NCBI RefSeq assembly: GCF_009914755.1
Contig: NC_060935.1
Origin: the human T2T-CHM13v2.0 reference genome, Homo sapiens
Length of the DNA: 64,000 nt
Reading direction: 5' to 3' (one strand)
Shown here: piece by piece, positions 13,400 through 26,999 of the stretch
How the letters are laid out: the number at the start of each line of letters is the position of its first letter
Position numbering within the stretch: position 1 is the first letter of the stretch
The notes under the pieces: generated by a model
The model's database searches: none
What the model saw: only the letters and a program-made list of their open reading frames with translations
What the model was told of the DNA's origin: nothing
Translations under genes and position numbers: made by a program

Positions 13400-16100
13400 G
13401 ATGGAGCAGATTTGAATCTCTCTTTCTTTGGATTCTGCAAGTGGATATGTGGACCTCTGTGAAGATTTCGTTGGAAACGGGTTCATTTTCACAGAAAAAC
13501 TAAACAGAAGCATTCTCAGAAACTGCTTTGTGATGTTTGTGTTCCACTTCAAGAATTGAACTTTCCTCTTGACAGAGCAGCTCTGAAACCCTCTTTTTCT
13601 AGAATGTGCAAGTGGACATTTGGAGGGCTTTGAGGCCTGTGGTGGAAAAGGAAAATCTTCACATAAAAACTAGATGGAAGCATTCTCAGAAACTACTTTG
13701 TGATGATTATATTCGACTCACAGAGTTGAACATTCCTATAGATAGAGCAGGTTGTAAACAATCTTTTTGTAGAATCTGCGATTGGAGATTTGGACTGCTT
13801 TGAGGCCTACTGTAGTAAAGGAAATAACTTCATCTAAAAACCAAACGGAAGCATTCACAGACAATTCTTAGTGATCATTGGATTGAACTAACAGAGCTGA
13901 ACATTCCTTTAGATGGGGCAGTTTCCAAACACACTTTCTGTAGAATCTGCAAGTGGATATTTGGACTTCTCTGAGGATTTCGTTGGAAACGGGATAAACT
14001 TCCCAGAACTACACGGAAGCATTCTGAGAAACTTCTTTGTGATGTTTGCATTCAACTCACAGAGTTGAACCTTGCTTTCATAGTTCAGCTTTCAAACACT
14101 CTTTTTGTAGAATCTGCAAGTGGATATTTGGACCACTTTGTGGCCTTCCTTTGAAACGGGTATATCTTCACATCAAACCTAGACAGAAGCATTCTCAGAA
14201 TGTTTCCTGTGATGACTGCATTCAACTCACAGAGGTGAACAATCCTGCTGATGGAGCAGTTTTGAAACTCTCTTTCTTTGGATTCTGCAAGTGGATATGT
14301 GCACCTCTGTGAAGATTTCGTTGGAAACGGGTTCATCTTCACAGAAAAACTAAACAGAAGCATTCTCAGAAACTGCTTTGTGATGTTTGTGTTCCACTTC
14401 AAGAATTGAACTTTCCTCTTGACAGAGCAGCTCTGAAACCCTCTTTTTCTAGAATCTGCAAGTGGACATTTGGAGGGCTTTGAGGCCTGTGGGGGAAAAG
14501 GAAAATCTTCACATAAAAACTAGATGGAAGCATTCTCAGAAACTACTTTGTGATGATTGCATTCGACTCACAGAGTTGAACATTCCTATAGATAGAGCAG
14601 GTTGTAAACAATTTTTTGTAGAATCTGCGATTGGAGATTTGGACTGCTTTGAGGCCTACTGTAGTAAAGGAAATAACTTCATCTAAAAACCAAACGGAAG
14701 CATTCACAGACAATTCTTAGTGATCATTGGATTGAACTAACAGAGCTGAACATTCCTTTAGATGGAGCAGTTTCCAAACACACTTTCTGTAGAATCTGCA
14801 AGTGGATATTTGGACCTCTCTGAGGATTTCGTTGGAAACGGGATAAACTTACCAGAACTACACGGAAGCATTCTGAGAAACTTCTTTGGATGTTTGCATT
14901 CAACTCACAGAGTTGAACCTTGCTTTCATAGTTCAGCTTTCAAACACTCTTTTTGTAGAATCTGCAAGTGGATATTTGGACCACTTTGTGGCCTTCCTTC
15001 GAAACGGGTATATCTTCACATCAAACCTAGACAGAAGCATTCTCAGAATGTTTCCTGTGATGACTGCATTCAACTCACAGAGGTGAACGATCCTTCTGAT
15101 GGAGCAGTTTTGAAACTCTCTTTCTTTGGATTCTGCAAGTGGATATGTGGACCTCTGTGAAGATTTCGTTGGAAACGGGTTCATCTTCACAGAGAAACTA
15201 AACAGGAGCATTCTCAGAAACTGCTTTGTGATGTTTGTGTTCCACTTCAAGAATTGAACTTTCCTCTTGACAGAGCAGCTCTGAAACCCTCTTTTTCTAG
15301 AATCTGCAAGTGGACATTTGGAGGGCTTTGAGGCCTGTGGTGGAAAAGGAAAATCTTCACATAAAAACTAGATGGAAGCATTCTCAGAAACTACTCTGTG
15401 ATGATTGCATTCGACTCACGGAGTTGAACATTCCTATAGATAGAGCAGGTTGTAAACAATCTTTTTGTAGAATCTGCGATTGGAGATTTGGACTGCTTTG
15501 AGGCCTACTGTAGTAAAGGAAATAACTTCATCTAAAAACCAAACGGAAGCATTCACAGACAATTCTTAGTGATCATTGCATTGAACTAACAGAGCTGAAC
15601 ATTCCTTTAGATGGCGCAGTTTCCAAACACACTTTCTGTAGAATCTGCCACTGGATATTTGGACCTCTCTGAGGATTTCGTTGGAAACGGGATAAACTTC
15701 CCAGAACTACACGGAAGCATTCTGAGAAAATTCTTTGTGATGTTTGCATTCAACACACAGAGTTGAACCTTGCTTTCATAGTTCAGCTTTCAAACACTCT
15801 TTTTGTAGAATCTGCAAGTGGATATTTGGACCACTTTGTGGCCTTCCTTCGAAACGGGTATATCTTCACATCAAACCTAGACAGAAGCATTCTCAGAATG
15901 TTTCCTGTGATGACTGCATTCAACTCACAGAGGTGAAAAATCCTGTTGATGGAGCAGTTTTGAATCTCTCTTTCTTTGGATTCTGCAAGTGGATATGTGG
16001 ACCTCTGTGAAGATTTCGTTGGAAACGGGTTCATGTTCACAGAAAAACTAAACAGAAGCATTCTCAGAAACTGCTTTGTGATGTTTGTGTTCCACTTCAA
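13400..16100 (+). repeat. Block of about 3 HORs, copy 1 of a dispersed duplication (partner ~27000-29700)
   Basis: The ordered rare variants are shared with the partner at an offset of ~13.6 kb (16 HORs). Confidence 0.8.
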
Positions 16101-17054
16101 GAATTGAACTTTCCTCTTGACAGAGCAGCTCTGAAACCCTCTTTTTCTAGAATCTGCAAGTGGACATTTGGAGGGCTTTGAGGCCTGTGGTGGAAAAGGA
16201 AAATCTTCACATAAAAACTAGATGGAAGCATTCTCAGAAACTACTTTGTGATGATTGCATTCGACTCACAGAGTTGAACATTCCTATAGATAGAGCAGGT
16301 TGTAAACAATCTTTTTGTAGAATCTGCGATTGGAGATTTGGACTGCTTTGAGGCCTACTGTAGTAAAGGAAATAACTTCTTCTAAAAACCAAACGGAAGC
16401 ATTCACAGACAATTCTTAGTGATCATTGGATTGAACTAACAGAGCTGAACATTTCTTTAGATAGAGCAGTTTCCAAACACACTTTCTGTAGAATCTGCAA
16501 GTGGATATTTGGACTTCTCTGAGGATTTCGTTGGAAACGGGATAAACTTCCCAGAACTACACGGAAGCATTCTGAGAAACTTCTTTGTGATGTTTGCATT
16601 CAACTCACAGAGTTGAACCTTGCTTTCATAGTTCAGCTTTCAAACACTCTTTTTGTAGAATCTGCAAGTGGATATTTGGACCACTTTGTGGCCTTCCTTC
16701 GAAACGGGTATATCTTCACATCAAACCTAGACAGAAGCATTCTCAGAATGTTTCCTGTGATGACTGCATTCAACTCACAGAGGTGAACAATCCTGTTGAT
16801 GGAGCAGTTTTGAAACTCTCTTTCTTTGGATTCTGCAAGTGGATATGTGGACCTCTGTGAAGATTTCGTTTGAAACGGGTTCATCTTCACAGAAAAAATT
16901 AACAGAAGCATTCTCAGAAACTGCTTTGTGATGTTTGTGTTCCACTTAAAGAATTGAACTTTCCTCTTGACAGAGCAGCTCTGAAACCCTCTTTTTCTAG
17001 AATCTGCAAGTGGACATTTGGAGGGCTTTGAGGCATGTGGTGGAAAAGGAAACT

Positions 17055-20000
17055 CTTCACATAAAAACTAGATGGAAGCATTCTCAGAAACTACTTTGTG
17101 ATGATTGCATTCGACTCACAGAGTTGAACATTCCTATAGATAGAGCAGGTTGTAAACAATCTTTTTGTAGAATCTGCGATTGGAGATTTGGACTGCTTTG
17201 AGGCCTACTGTAGTAAAGGAAATAACTTCATCTAAAAACCAAACGGAAGCATTCACAGACAATGCTTAGTGATCATTGGATTGAACTAACAGAGCTGAAC
17301 ATTCCTTTAGGTGGAGCAGTTTCCAAACCCACTTTCTGTAGAATCTGCAAGTGGATATTTGGACCTCTCTGAGGATTTCGTTGGAAACGGGATATACTTC
17401 CCAGAACTACACGGAAGTATTCTGAGAAACTTCTTTGTGATGTTTGCATTCAACTCACAGAGTTGAACCTTGCTTTCATAGTTCAGCTTTCAAACACTCT
17501 TTTTGTAGAATCTGGAAGTGGATATTTGGACCACTTTGTGGCCTTCCTTCGAAACGGGTATATCTTCACATCAAACCTTGACAGAAGCATTCTCAGAATG
17601 TTTCCTGTGATGACTGCATTCAATTCACAGAGGTGAACAATCCTGCTGATGGAGCAGTTTTGAAACTCTCTTTCTTTGGATTCTGCAAGTGGATATGTGG
17701 ACCTCTGTGAAGATTTCGTTGGAAACGGGTTCATCTTCACAGAAAAACTAAACAGGAGCATTCTCAGAAACTGCTTTGTGATGTTTGTGTTCCACTTCAG
17801 GAATTGAACTTTCCTCTTGACAGAGCAGCTCTGAAACCCTCTTTTTCTAGAATCTGCAAGTGGACATTTGGAGGGCTTTGAGGCCTCTGGTGGAAAAGGA
17901 AAATCTTCACATAAAAACTAGATGGAAGCATTCTCAGAAACTACTTTGTGATGATTGCATTCGACTCAAAGAGTTGAACATTCCTATAGATAGAGCAGGT
18001 TGTAAACAATGTTTTTGTAGAATCTGCGATTGGAGATTTGGACTGCTTTGAGGCCTACTGTAGTAAAGGAAATAACTTCATCTAAAAACCAAACGGAAGC
18101 ATTCACAGACAATTCTTAGTGATCATTGGATTGAACTAACAGAGCTGAACATTCCCTTAGATGGCACAGTTTCCAAACACACTTTCTGTAGAATCTGCAA
18201 GTGGATATTTGGACCTCTCTGAGGATTTCGTTGGAAACGGGATAAACTTCCCAGAACTACACGGAAGCATTCTGAGAAACTTCTTTGTGATGTTTGCATT
18301 CAAATCACAGAGTTGAACCTTGCTTTCATAGTTCAGCTTTCAAACACTCTTTTTGTAGAATCTGCAAGTGGATATTTGGACCACTTTGTGGCCTTCCTTC
18401 GAAACGGGTATATCTTCACATCAAACCTAGACAGAAGCATTCTCAGAATGTTTCCTGTGATGACTGCATTCCACTCACAGAGGTGAACAATCCTGTTGAT
18501 GGAGCCGTTTTGAAACTCCCTTTCTTTTGATTCTGCAAGTGGATATGTGGAACTCTGTGAAGATTTCGTTGGAAACGGGTTCATCTTCACAGAAAAACTA
18601 AACAGGAGCATTCTCAGAAACTGCTTTGTGATGTTTGTGTTCCACTTCAGGAATTGAACTTTCCTCTTGACAGAGCAGCTCTGAAACCCTCTTTTTCTAG
18701 AATCTGCAAGTGGACATTTGGAGGGCTTTGAGGCCTGTTGTTGAAAAGGATAATCTTCACATAAAAACTAGATGGAAGCATTCTCAGAAACTACTCTGTG
18801 ATGATTGCATTCGACTCACAGAGTTGAACATTCCTATAGATAGAGCAGGTTGTAAACAGTCTTTTTGTAGAATCTGCGATTGGAGATTTGGACTGCTTTG
18901 AGGCCTACTGTAGTAAAGGAAATAACTTCATCTAAAAACCAAACGGAAGCATTCACAGACAATTCTTAGTGATCATTGGATTGAACTAACAGAGCTGAAC
19001 ATTCCTTTAGATGGAGCAGTTTCCAAACCCACTTTCTGTAGAATCTGCAAGTGGATATTTGGACCTCTCTGAGGATTTCGTTGGAAAAGGGATATGCTTC
19101 CCAGAACTACACGGAAGTATTCTGAGAAACTTCTTCGTGATGGTTGCATTCAACTCACAGTGTTGAACCTTGCTTTCATAGTTCAGCTTTCAAACACTCT
19201 TTTTGTAGAATCTGCAAGTGGATATTTGGACCATTTTGTGGCCTTCCTTCGAAACGGGTATATCTTCACATCAAACCTTGACAGAAGCATTCTCAGAATG
19301 TTTCCTGTGATGACTGCATTCAACTCACAGAGGTGAACAATCCTGCTGATGGAGCAGTTTTGAAACTCTCTTTCTTTGGATTCTGCAAGTGGATATGTGG
19401 ACCTCTGTGAAGATTTCGTTGGAAACGGGTTCATCTTCACAGAAAAACTAAACAGGAGCATTCTCAGAAACTGCTTTGTGATGTTTGTGTTCCACTTCAG
19501 GAATTGAACTTTCCTCTTGACAGAGCAGCTCTGAAACCCTCTTTTTCTAGAATCTGCAAGTGGACATTTGGAGGGCTTTGAGGCCTGTGGTGGAAAAGGA
19601 AAATCTTCACATAAAAACTAGATGGAAGCATTCTCAGAAACTACTTTGTGATGATTGCATTCGACTCAAAGAGTTGAACATTCCTGTAGATAGAGCAGGT
19701 TGTAAACAATCTTTTTGTAGAATCTGCGATTGGAGATTTGGACTGCTTTGAGGCCTACTCTAGTAAAGGAAATAACTTCATCTAAAAACCAAACGGAAGC
19801 ATTCACAGACAATTCTTAGTGATCATTGGATTGAACTAACAGAGCTGAACATTCCCTTAGATGGCACCGTTTCCAAACACACTTTCTGTAGAATCTGCAA
19901 GTGGATATTTGGACCTCTCTGAGGATTTCGTTGGAAACGGGATAAACTTCCCAGAACTACACGGAAGCATTCTGAGAAACTTCTTTGTGATGTTTGCATT

Positions 20001-23000
20001 CAACTCACAGAGTTGAACCTTGCTTTCATAGTTCAGCTTTCAAACACTCTTTTTGTAGAATCTGCAAGTGGATATTTGGACCACTTTGTGGCCTTCCTTC
20101 GAAACGGGTATATATTCACATCAAACCTAGACAGAAGCATTCTCAGAATGTTTCCTGTGATGACTGCATTCAACTCACAGAGGTGAACAATCCTGTTGAT
20201 GGAGACGTTTTGAAACTCCCTTTCTTTTGATTCTGCAAGTGGATATGTGGAACTCTGTGAAGATTTCGTTGGAAACGGGTTCATCTTCACAGAAAAATTA
20301 ACAGGAGCATTCTCAGAAACTGCTTTGTGATGTTTGTGTTCCACTTCAAGAATTGAACTTTCCTCTTGACAGAGCAGCTCTGAAACCCTCTTTTTCTAGA
20401 ATCTGCTAGTGGACATTTGGAGGGCTTTGAGGCCTGTGGTGGAAAAGGAAAATCTTCCCATAAAAACTAGATGGAAGCATTCTCAGAAACTACTTTGTGA
20501 TGATTGCATTCGACTCACAGAGTTGAACATTCCTATAGATAGAGCAGGTTGTAAACAATCTTTTTGTAGAATCTGCGATTGGAGATTTTGACTGCTTTGA
20601 GGCCTACTGTAGTAAAGGAAATAACTTCATCTAAAAACCAAACGGAAGCATTCACAGACAATTCTTAGTGATCATTGGATTGAACAAACAGAGCTGAACA
20701 TTCCTTTAGATAGAGCAGTTTCCAAACACACTTTCTGTAGAATCTGCAAGTGGATATTTGGACTTCTCTGAGGATTTCGTTGGAAACGGGATAAACTTCC
20801 CAGAACTACACGGAAGCATTCTGAGAAACTTCTTTGTGATGTTTGCATTCAACTCACAGAGTTGAAACTTGCTTTCATAGTTCAGCTTTGAAACACTCTT
20901 TTTGTAGAATCTGCAAGTGGATATTTGGACCACTTTGTGGCCTTCCTTCGAAACGGGTATATCTTCACATCAAACCTAGACAGAAGCATTCTCAGAATGT
21001 TTCCTGTGATGACTGCATTCAACTCACAGAGGTGAACAATCCTGTTGATGGAGCAGTTTTGAAACTCTCTTTCTTTGGATTCTGCAAGTGGATATGTGGA
21101 CCTCTGTGAAGATTTCGTTGGAAACGGGTTCATCTTCACAGAAAAACTAAACAGGAGCATTCTCAGAAACTGCTTTGTGATGTTTGTGTTCCACTTCAAG
21201 AATTGAACTTTCCTCTTGACAGAGCAGCTCTGAAACCCTCTTTTTCTAGAATCTGCAAGTGGACATTTGGAGGGCTTTGAGGCCTCTGGTGGAAAAGGAA
21301 AATCTTCACATAAAAACTAGATGGAAGCATTCTCAGAAACTACTTTGTGATGATTGCATTCGACTCACAGAGTTGAACATTCCTATAGATAGAGCAGGTT
21401 GTAAACAATCTTTTTGTAGAATCTGCGATTGGAGATTTGGACTGCTTTGAGGCCTACTGTAGTAAAGGAAATAACTTCATCTAAAAACCAAACGGAAGCA
21501 TTCACAGACAATGCTTAGTGATCATTGGATTGAACTAACAGAGCTGAACATTCCTTTAGGTGGAGCAGTTTCCAAACCCACTTTCTGTAGAATCTGCAAG
21601 TGGATATTTGGACCTCTCTGAGGATTTCGTTGGAAACGGGATATACTTCCCAGAACTACACGGAAGTATTCTGAGAAACTTCTTTGTGATGTTTGCATTC
21701 AACTCACAGAGTTGAACCTTGCTTTCATAGTTCAGCTTTCAAACACTCTTTTTGTAGAATCTGGAAGTGGATATTTGGACCACTTTGTGGCCTTCCTTCG
21801 AAACGGGTATATCTTCACATCAAACCTTGACAGAAGCATTCTCAGAATGTTTCCTGTGATGACTGCATTCAATTCACAGAGGTGAACAATCCTGCTGATG
21901 GAGCAGTTTTGAAACTCTCTTTCTTTGGATTCTGCAAGTGGATATGTGGACCTCTGTGAAGATTTCGTTGGAAACGGGTTCATCTTCACAGAAAAACTAA
22001 ACAGGAGCATTCTCAGAAACTGCTTTGTGATGTTTGTGTTCCACTTCAGGAATTGAACTTTCCTCTTGACAGAGCAGCTCTGAAACCCTCTTTTTCTAGA
22101 ATCTGCAAGTGGACATTTGGAGGGCTTTGAGGCCTCTGGTGGAAAAGGAAAATCTTCACATAAAAACTAGATGGAAGCATTCTCAGAAACTACTTTGTGA
22201 TGATTGCATTCGACTCAAAGAGTTGAACATTCCTATAGATAGAGCAGGTTGTAAACAATGTTTTTGTAGAATCTGCGATTGGAGATTTGGACTGCTTTGA
22301 GGCCTACTGTAGTAAAGGAAATAACTTCATCTAAAAACCAAACGGAAGCATTCACAGACAATTCTTAGTGATCATTGGATTGAACTAACAGAGCTGAACA
22401 TTCCCTTAGATGGCACAGTTTCCAAACACACTTTCTGTAGAATCTGCAAGTGGATATTTGGACCTCTCTGAGGATTTCGTTGGAAACGGGATAAACTTCC
22501 CAGAACTACACGGAAGCATTCTGAGAAACTTCTTTGTGATGTTTGCATTCAAATCACAGAGTTGAACCTTGCTTTCATAGTTCAGCTTTCAAACACTCTT
22601 TTTGTAGAATCTGCAAGTGGATATTTGGACCACTTTGTGGCCTTCCTTCGAAACGGGTATATCTTCACATCAAACCTAGACAGAAGCATTCTCAGAATGT
22701 TTCCTGTGATGACTGCATTCCACTCACAGAGGTGAACAATCCTGTTGATGGAGCCGTTTTGAAACTCCCTTTCTTTTGATTCTGCAAGTGGATATGTGGA
22801 ACTCTGTGAAGATTTCGTTGGAAACGGGTTCATCTTCACAGAAAAACTAAACAGGAGCATTCTCAGAAACTGCTTTGTGATGTTTGTGTTCCACTTCAGG
22901 AATTGAACTTTCCTCTTGACAGAGCAGCTCTGAAACCCTCTTTTTCTAGAATCTGCAAGTGGACATTTGGAGGGCTTTGAGGCCTGTTGTTGAAAAGGAT

Positions 23001-25800
23001 AATCTTCACATAAAAACTAGATGGAAGCATTCTCAGAAACTACTCTGTGATGATTGCATTCGACTCACAGAGTTGAACATTCCTATAGATAGAGCAGGTT
23101 GTAAACAGTCTTTTTGTAGAATCTGCGATTGGAGATTTGGACTGCTTTGAGGCCTACTGTAGTAAAGGAAATAACTTCATCTAAAAACCAAACGGAAGCA
23201 TTCACAGACAATTCTTAGTGATCATTGGATTGAACTAACAGAGCTGAACATTCCTTTAGATGGAGCAGTTTCCAAACCCACTTTCTGTAGAATCTGCAAG
23301 TGGATATTTGGACCTCTCTGAGGATTTCGTTGGAAAAGGGATATGCTTCCCAGAACTACACGGAAGTATTCTGAGAAACTTCTTCGTGATGGTTGCATTC
23401 AACTCACAGTGTTGAACCTTGCTTTCATAGTTCAGCTTTCAAACACTCTTTTTGTAGAATCTGCAAGTGGATATTTGGACCATTTTGTGGCCTTCCTTCG
23501 AAACGGGTATATCTTCACATCAAACCTTGACAGAAGCATTCTCAGAATGTTTCCTGTGATGACTGCATTCAACTCACAGAGGTGAACAATCCTGCTGATG
23601 GAGCAGTTTTGAAACTCTCTTTCTTTGGATTCTGCAAGTGGATATGTGGACCTCTGTGAAGATTTCGTTGGAAACGGGTTCATCTTCACAGAAAAACTAA
23701 ACAGGAGCATTCTCAGAAACTGCTTTGTGATGTTTGTGTTCCACTTCAGGAATTGAACTTTCCTCTTGACAGAGCAGCTCTGAAACCCTCTTTTTCTAGA
23801 ATCTGCAAGTGGACATTTGGAGGGCTTTGAGGCCTGTGGTGGAAAAGGAAAATCTTCACATAAAAACTAGATGGAAGCATTCTCAGAAACTACTTTGTGA
23901 TGATTGCATTCGACTCAAAGAGTTGAACATTCCTGTAGATAGAGCAGGTTGTAAACAATCTTTTTGTAGAATCTGCGATTGGAGATTTGGACTGCTTTGA
24001 GGCCTACTCTAGTAAAGGAAATAACTTCATCTAAAAACCAAACGGAAGCATTCACAGACAATTCTTAGTGATCATTGGATTGAACTAACAGAGCTGAACA
24101 TTCCCTTAGATGGCACCGTTTCCAAACACACTTTCTGTAGAATCTGCAAGTGGATATTTGGACCTCTCTGAGGATTTCGTTGGAAACGGGATAAACTTCC
24201 CAGAACTACACGGAAGCATTCTGAGAAACTTCTTTGTGATGTTTGCATTCAACTCACAGAGTTGAACCTTGCTTTCATAGTTCAGCTTTCAAACACTCTT
24301 TTTGTAGAATCTGCAAGTGGATATTTGGACCACTTTGTGGCCTTCCTTCGAAACGGGTATATATTCACATCAAACCTAGACAGAAGCATTCTCAGAATGT
24401 TTCCTGTGATGACTGCATTCAACTCACAGAGGTGAACAATCCTGTTGATGGAGACGTTTTGAAACTCCCTTTCTTTTGATTCTGCAAGTGGATATGTGGA
24501 ACTCTGTGAAGATTTCGTTGGAAACGGGTTCATCTTCACAGAAAAATTAACAGGAGCATTCTCAGAAACTGCTTTGTGATGTTTGTGTTCCACTTCAAGA
24601 ATTGAACTTTCCTCTTGACAGAGCAGCTCTGAAACCCTCTTTTTCTAGAATCTGCTAGTGGACATTTGGAGGGCTTTGAGGCCTGTGGTGGAAAAGGAAA
24701 ATCTTCCCATAAAAACTAGATGGAAGCATTCTCAGAAACTACTTTGTGATGATTGCATTCGACTCACAGAGTTGAACATTCCTATAGATAGAGCAGGTTG
24801 TAAACAATCTTTTTGTAGAATCTGCGATTGGAGATTTTGACTGCTTTGAGGCCTACTGTAGTAAAGGAAATAACTTCATCTAAAAACCAAACGGAAGCAT
24901 TCACAGACAATTCTTAGTGATCATTGGATTGAACAAACAGAGCTGAACATTCCTTTAGATAGAGCAGTTTCCAAACACACTTTCTGTAGAATCTGCAAGT
25001 GGATATTTGGACTTCTCTGAGGATTTCGTTGGAAACGGGATAAACTTCCCAGAACTACACGGAAGCATTCTGAGAAACTTCTTTGTGATGTTTGCATTCA
25101 ACTCACAGAGTTGAAACTTGCTTTCATAGTTCAGCTTTGAAACACTCTTTTTGTAGAATCTGCAAGTGGATATTTGGACCACTTTGTGGCCTTCCTTCGA
25201 AACGGGTATATCTTCACATCAAACCTAGACAGAAGCATTCTCAGAATGTTTCCTGTGATGACTGCATTCACTCACAGAGGTGAACAATCCTGTTGATGGA
25301 GCAGTTTTGAAACTCTCTTTCTTTGGATTCTGCAAGTGGATATGTGGACCTCTGTGAAGATTTCGTTGGAAACGGGTTCATCTTCACAGAAAAACTAAAC
25401 AGGAGCATTCTCAGAAACTGCTTTGTGATGTTTGTGTTCCACTTCAAGGAATTGAACTTTCCTCTTGACAGAGCAGCTCTGAAACCCTCTTTTTCTAGAA
25501 TCTGCAAGTGGACATTTGGAGGGCTTTGAGGCCTCTGGTGGAAAAGGGAAAATCTTCACATAAAAACTAGATGGAAGCATTCTCAGAAACTACTTTGTGA
25601 TGATTGCATTCGACTCACAGAGTTGAACAATTCCTATAGATAGAGCAGGTTGTAAACAATCTTTTTGTAGAATCTGCGATTGGAGATTTGGACTGCTTTG
25701 AGGCCTACTGTAGTAAAGGAAATAACTTCATCTAAAAACCAAACGGAAGCATTCACAGACAATGCTTAGTGATCATTGGATTGAACTAACAGAGCTGAAC
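17055..25800 (+). repeat. Tandem duplication of a 5-HOR block (period 4249 bp)
   Basis: ORF variants recur at +4249 (17860/22109, 18710/22959, 19560/23809, 20409/24658). Shared markers include tttaggtggag, caaatcacag, ggaaaagggatatgc, ggagacgttt, atctgctagt and cagctttgaa. Confidence 0.92.
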
Positions 25801-26999
25801 ATTCCTTTAGATGGAGCAGTTTCCAAACACACTTTCTGTAGAATCTGCAAGTGGATATTTGGACCTCTCTGAGGATTTCGTTGGAAACGGGATATACTTC
25901 CGAGAACTACACGGAAGTATTCTGAGAAACTTCTTTGTGATGTTTGCATTCAACTCACCGAGTTGAACCTTGCTTTCATAGTTCAGCTTTCAAACACTCT
26001 TTTTGTAGAATCTGCAAGTGGATATTTGGACCACTTTGTGGCCTTCCTTCGAAACGGATATATCTTCACATGAAACCTAGACAGAAGCATTCTCAGAATG
26101 TTTCCTGTGATGACTGCATTCAACTCACAGAGGTGAACAATCCTGCTGATGGAGCAGTTTTGAAACTCTCTTTCTTTGGATTCTGCAAGTGGATATGTGG
26201 ACCTCTGTGAAGATTTCGTTGGAAAAGTGTTCATCTTCACAGAAAAACTAAAGAGGAGCATTCTCAGAAACTGCTTTGTGATGTTTGTGTTCCACTTCAG
26301 GAATTGAACTTTCCTCTTGACAGAGCAGCTCTGAAACCCTCTTTTTCTGGAATCTGCAAGTGGACATTTGGAGGGCTTTGAGGCCTGTGGTGGAAAAGGA
26401 AAATCTTCACATAAAAACTAGATGGAAGCATTCTCAGAAACTACTTTGTGATGATTGCATTCGACTCACAGAGTTGAACATTCCTATAGATAGAGCAGGT
26501 TGTAAACAATCTTTTTGTAGAATCTGCGATTGGAGATTTGGACTGCTTTGAGGCCTACTGTAGTAAAGTAAATAACTTCATCTAAAAACCAAACGGAAGC
26601 ATTCACAGACAATTCTTAGTGATCATTGGATTGAACTAACAGAGCTGAACATTCCCTTAGATGGCGCAGTTTCCAAACACACTTTCTGTAGAATCTGCAA
26701 GTGGATATTTGGACCTCTCTGAGGATTTCGTTGGAAAAGGGATAAACTTCCCAGAACTACACGGAAGCATTCTGAGAAACTTCTTTGTGATGTTTGCATT
26801 CAACTCACAGAGTTGAACCTTGCTTTCATAGTTCAGCTTTCAAACACTCTTTTTGTAGAATCTGCAAGTGGATATTTGGACCACTTTGTGGCCTTCCTTC
26901 GAAACGGGTATATCTTCACATCAAACCTAGACAGAAGCATTCTCAGAATGTTTCCTGTGATGACTGCATTCAACTCACAGAGGTGAACAATCCTGTTGA

